This document shows, in pieces, positions 61,647 through 64,000 of a DNA stretch of 64,000 nt. The stretch's first letter is position 1. Each line of letters begins with the position of its first letter. Below the pieces are notes generated by a model. The model saw only the letters and a program-made list of their open reading frames with translations, was not told where the DNA came from and made no database searches. The DNA is from Candidatus Eiseniibacteriota bacterium (lineage in GTDB: Bacteria > Eisenbacteria > RBG-16-71-46), in contig OY970178.1 in NCBI GenBank assembly GCA_963707915.1, positions 3,232,001 to 3,296,000 of the forward strand, given 5' to 3'. The translations under genes and the position numbers were made by a program.

Positions 61647-63079
61647 CCATGCGAAGACACAGCGTGCTGATCCTGGCCCTGGCCCTGGCCCTGGCGGCTC
61701 CCGTGCTCGGCCTGGCAGTCCTGCGGCACGCCGGGCCGGCCGCGATGGCGAAGGCCGCGGTGGCCCTGCTCGAGGCCTCGGGCCCGAGCCGGGCGGTGGC
61801 GCAGGTGACGACTCTGCCCTTCAAGCCCGTGCCGCCCGAGAGCGTCTCCACGCTCGAGCGTGAACGGCCGACGAGAACTCGCGTGCACGTGACCGTGGAC
61901 GTCCCCGAGACCCCGGCGGTGCCCGAGGTCCCCGAGGTCCCCGCGGTGCCCGAGGCCCCCGAGCCTCCGGCCGTGACCGAGCACGTGACGCGCTCCGGCG
62001 ACATCACGCGCGTGGGCAGCGACATCCACGTCGAGCAGGACGAGGTGGTGCGCGGTGACGTCACCGCCATCCGCGGCGACATCACCGTGGACGGCGCGGT
62101 GCACGGCGGAGTGGTGTCATTCGGCGGCGACATCTACCTGAACTCGACCGCCCGCGTGGACGGCGACGTCGTCACCATCGGGGGCGTCCTGCACGAGCAG
62201 CCGGGCGCCTACGTCAGCGGGGAGCGCGTGAGCGCGCTCAGCGGCTCGCGGGGCGATCGCCTTGCCCGGAGCCTGCGGGTCGGCGGGCTCCACCGTGGGG
62301 GCGACGGGGAGGGTCGGGACCTGGGGTGGGGGGTGCTGAGGGCCTTCGGCGCGCTCGTGCGGCTGCTGATCGTCATCGGCCTCACCCTGCTCATCGTCTG
62401 GCTGTTCCAGGGGCGCATCGCCGTCGGGGCGGAGACGCTGAAACGGCAGCCGGCCGTCTCGCTGGGGATCGGTGCGCTGGTCCACGCGTTGTTCATCCCG
62501 TCGATCGTCGCACTGGCCCTGGTCATGGCCCTGCTGTGCATCACCATCGTGGGGATTCCGCTCGCGCTGGCCGCCCTGGTTGGCTACCTTCTCTTCTTCG
62601 CGGTCTTCTGGATCTTCGGCCTGGTGGTCGGGTCCGTGCTCGTCGGCGAGAAGCTCGCCGCCAGGCAGGGCCGGACGGGGGTGTCGGTCCGGGACTCGGC
62701 CCTGCTGGGAGTGCTGGTCGTGGCGGGCGCGGCCTTCGTGGGCAAGGTGCTCGCGATCGCGGACGTTCCTGTCCTCGGCGGTCTCGGCAAGCTGGTGACC
62801 GTCCTGGCCGTGATCGCGATGATCTTCATGGGCCTGATGGGTGGAGGCGCATGGCTCAAGTGGGAGTTCAGCGAGGGCGTGTTCGGACGCTGGCGCGGGC
62901 GCTGGGAGAGCCGCAACGCCGCGCGCGCCGCGGCCGCCCCGCCGAGCGCGTACGGTCCGCCGCCGACGTCGCCGTACGGTCCGCCTGCGGCCGCGGCGCC
63001 CGCCGTGGAGCCGCCGGTGCCGCCGCCTGCGCCGCCCGCCCCGGAGCCGCCGCCTTCCGGGCCTTCGACGGGCGCCTGA
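61643..63079 (+). CDS. Membrane protein with polymer-forming (bactofilin-like) beta-helix repeats
   Basis: V.GDV..I.GDI.V.G.V.G.VV..GG repeats, PEVP linker, several C-terminal TM helices (ITIVGIPLAL), Pro-rich tail. Confidence 0.78.
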   Translation: MTMRRHSVLILALALALAAPVLGLAVLRHAGPAAMAKAAVALLEASGPSRAVAQVTTLPFKPVPPESVSTLERERPTRTRVHVTVDVPETPAVPEVPEVPAVPEAPEPPAVTEHVTRSGDITRVGSDIHVEQDEVVRGDVTAIRGDITVDGAVHGGVVSFGGDIYLNSTARVDGDVVTIGGVLHEQPGAYVSGERVSALSGSRGDRLARSLRVGGLHRGGDGEGRDLGWGVLRAFGALVRLLIVIGLTLLIVWLFQGRIAVGAETLKRQPAVSLGIGALVHALFIPSIVALALVMALLCITIVGIPLALAALVGYLLFFAVFWIFGLVVGSVLVGEKLAARQGRTGVSVRDSALLGVLVVAGAAFVGKVLAIADVPVLGGLGKLVTVLAVIAMIFMGLMGGGAWLKWEFSEGVFGRWRGRWESRNAARAAAAPPSAYGPPPTSPYGPPAAAAPAVEPPVPPPAPPAPEPPPSGPSTGA

Positions 63080-63092
63080 GCCCGGTTCGGGT

Positions 63093-63138
63093 CGAGCGCG
63101 TCACCCGGGAGGATGGACTCCCCCGGGTGACGCGTTCG
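63093..63138 (+). terminator. 17-bp inverted repeat hairpin
   Basis: CGAGCGCGTCACCCGGG / CCCGGGTGACGCGTTCG just after the 63079 stop. Confidence 0.45.
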
Positions 63139-63158
63139 TATGGGGCGATGGGGGACCC

Positions 63159-63731
63159 GTGGACCTGAGCCCGCTCTGGACCTACTGCCTCGGCTCGCTC
63201 TGGGTCTTCTGCCTGGCCCTGTTCGTGGACGGCGCGACCTTCGCCTTCGCCACCACGATCCTCATCATCCTCTTCGCGCCGTTCCACGCTCCCTGGGAGC
63301 TGGCGCTGGCCGGAAGCCTGTCGAGTGCCCTGGGCAGCGCGGTGCAGTTCAAGGTGCTGGGCATGATGCTCGATTCGGGGCATCGTTGGCTCCATCGCTT
63401 CGCGCCGTCGCGTGAGAAGCTCGCCGCCGCCCTGAGCCAGAACCCCTCGGCCTCGTTCCTCACCATCCTGGTCGCGCGCGCCACGCCGCTTCCCGACGCG
63501 CCGGTGAAGCTGGTGGCGGCGGCGGGCCGCTACCCGGTCCGCCTCTACGCCCTGGCCATCCTGCTCGGGGCGTTGCCCTACTACTTCGTCCTGGCCTTCC
63601 TCGCGCGGCAGGCCGCGGCCCTCGCCCGCGAATTCGAGGTGCCCTGGTGGGTCATCGCCGGGGCGTTCGCGCTGGTGGGGCTCGGCCTGGGCCTGGACCA
63701 CCTGCGCCGGCGGGCTCGCCGGAACCGCTAG
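63159..63731 (+). CDS. VTT/DedA-like (SNARE-associated) membrane protein
   Basis: Polytopic; SALGS and ARATPLPDAPVKLVAAAGRYP segments resemble VTT-domain proteins. Confidence 0.65.
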   Translation: MDLSPLWTYCLGSLWVFCLALFVDGATFAFATTILIILFAPFHAPWELALAGSLSSALGSAVQFKVLGMMLDSGHRWLHRFAPSREKLAAALSQNPSASFLTILVARATPLPDAPVKLVAAAGRYPVRLYALAILLGALPYYFVLAFLARQAAALAREFEVPWWVIAGAFALVGLGLGLDHLRRRARRNR

Positions 63732-63773
63732 GAGCCTGTCCGAGCAATCGCAACCACGGCGCGTACGATCCGG

Positions 63774-63883
63774 GGGTTCGGGTCGAGCGGGCCACGGGCG
63801 CGAGTCGGACGGGCCACGGGATCGGGTCGGGCGGGCCGCGGGCGCGGGTCGAGCGGGCCACGGGTTCGGGTCGGGCGAGCCGC
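63774..63883. repeat. Five imperfect 22-bp direct tandem repeats
   Basis: Units GGGTTCGGGTCGAGCGGGCCAC, GGGCGCGAGTCGGACGGGCCAC, GGGATCGGGTCGGGCGGGCCGC, GGGCGCGGGTCGAGCGGGCCAC, GGGTTCGGGTCGGGCGAGCCGC with no spacers. Confidence 0.85.
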
Positions 63884-63915
63884 ACTGCTCCCGTGCCGCC
63901 CGGCTCCCGTATCGC

Positions 63916-64000
63916 TCATGCCGCCGGGCGTGTGGCGGCGGCGCGCGGCCCGCCATAGCACCTCAGCGCGTAGCGCAGGCGCTTCTCGAGCGGGGCGTCG
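63916..64000 (-). CDS. C-terminal fragment of an unidentified gene entering from the right edge
   Basis: Reads DAPLEKRLRYALRCYGGPRAAATRPAA* with GC3-rich codons. Confidence 0.45.
   Translation of the reverse strand, partial: DAPLEKRLRYALRCYGGPRAAATRPAA

Noticed and set aside
61901..61972. 9-bp periodic repeat
   Set aside because: Simply encodes the VPE/VPA Pro-rich linker of the membrane protein.
63774..63883. CRISPR array
   Set aside because: Repeats are contiguous with no unique spacers, are degenerate, and no cas genes are in the window.

Overview
Very GC-rich bacterial chromosome segment from a diderm (LptD, TolC, O-antigen ligase). The gene content (PorX-like regulator next to tsaE, kinase-less PASTA protein, lipoprotein with a TWG-type tail) suggests an FCB-affiliated lineage such as Ca. 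Eisenbacteria; this is inference only. Most of the window is housekeeping: a surface-polysaccharide cluster, khpA-rimM-trmD-rplS-rnhB-yraN, thiolase/hbd, tgt-yajC-def-fmt-rsmB-PASTA-rpe, ffh-rpsP, serS, porX-tsaE-tsaB/rimI-accD-folC-lptD. It also holds a ~10 kb copper island (copA, Cys-rich RAPP-ending leader ORF, TolC-CusB-CusA, cupredoxin). The best find is a gene the ORF track splits in two (58161-59585): a secreted protein with a degenerate 5'-nucleotidase-like domain, an in-frame TGA in a C-G-U motif followed by a SECIS-like hairpin, and a four-CxxCH cytochrome c domain, i.e. a probable multiheme selenoprotein. Other leads are a RAPP arrest-peptide leader upstream of the Cus efflux operon, an in-frame def-fmt fusion, an LptA/LptD fusion, a small DTT-repeat lipoprotein with an IHF site and long structured leader, and five 22-bp tandem repeats near the window end. 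Seven single-base frameshifts in six conserved genes are most likely sequencing or assembly indels.
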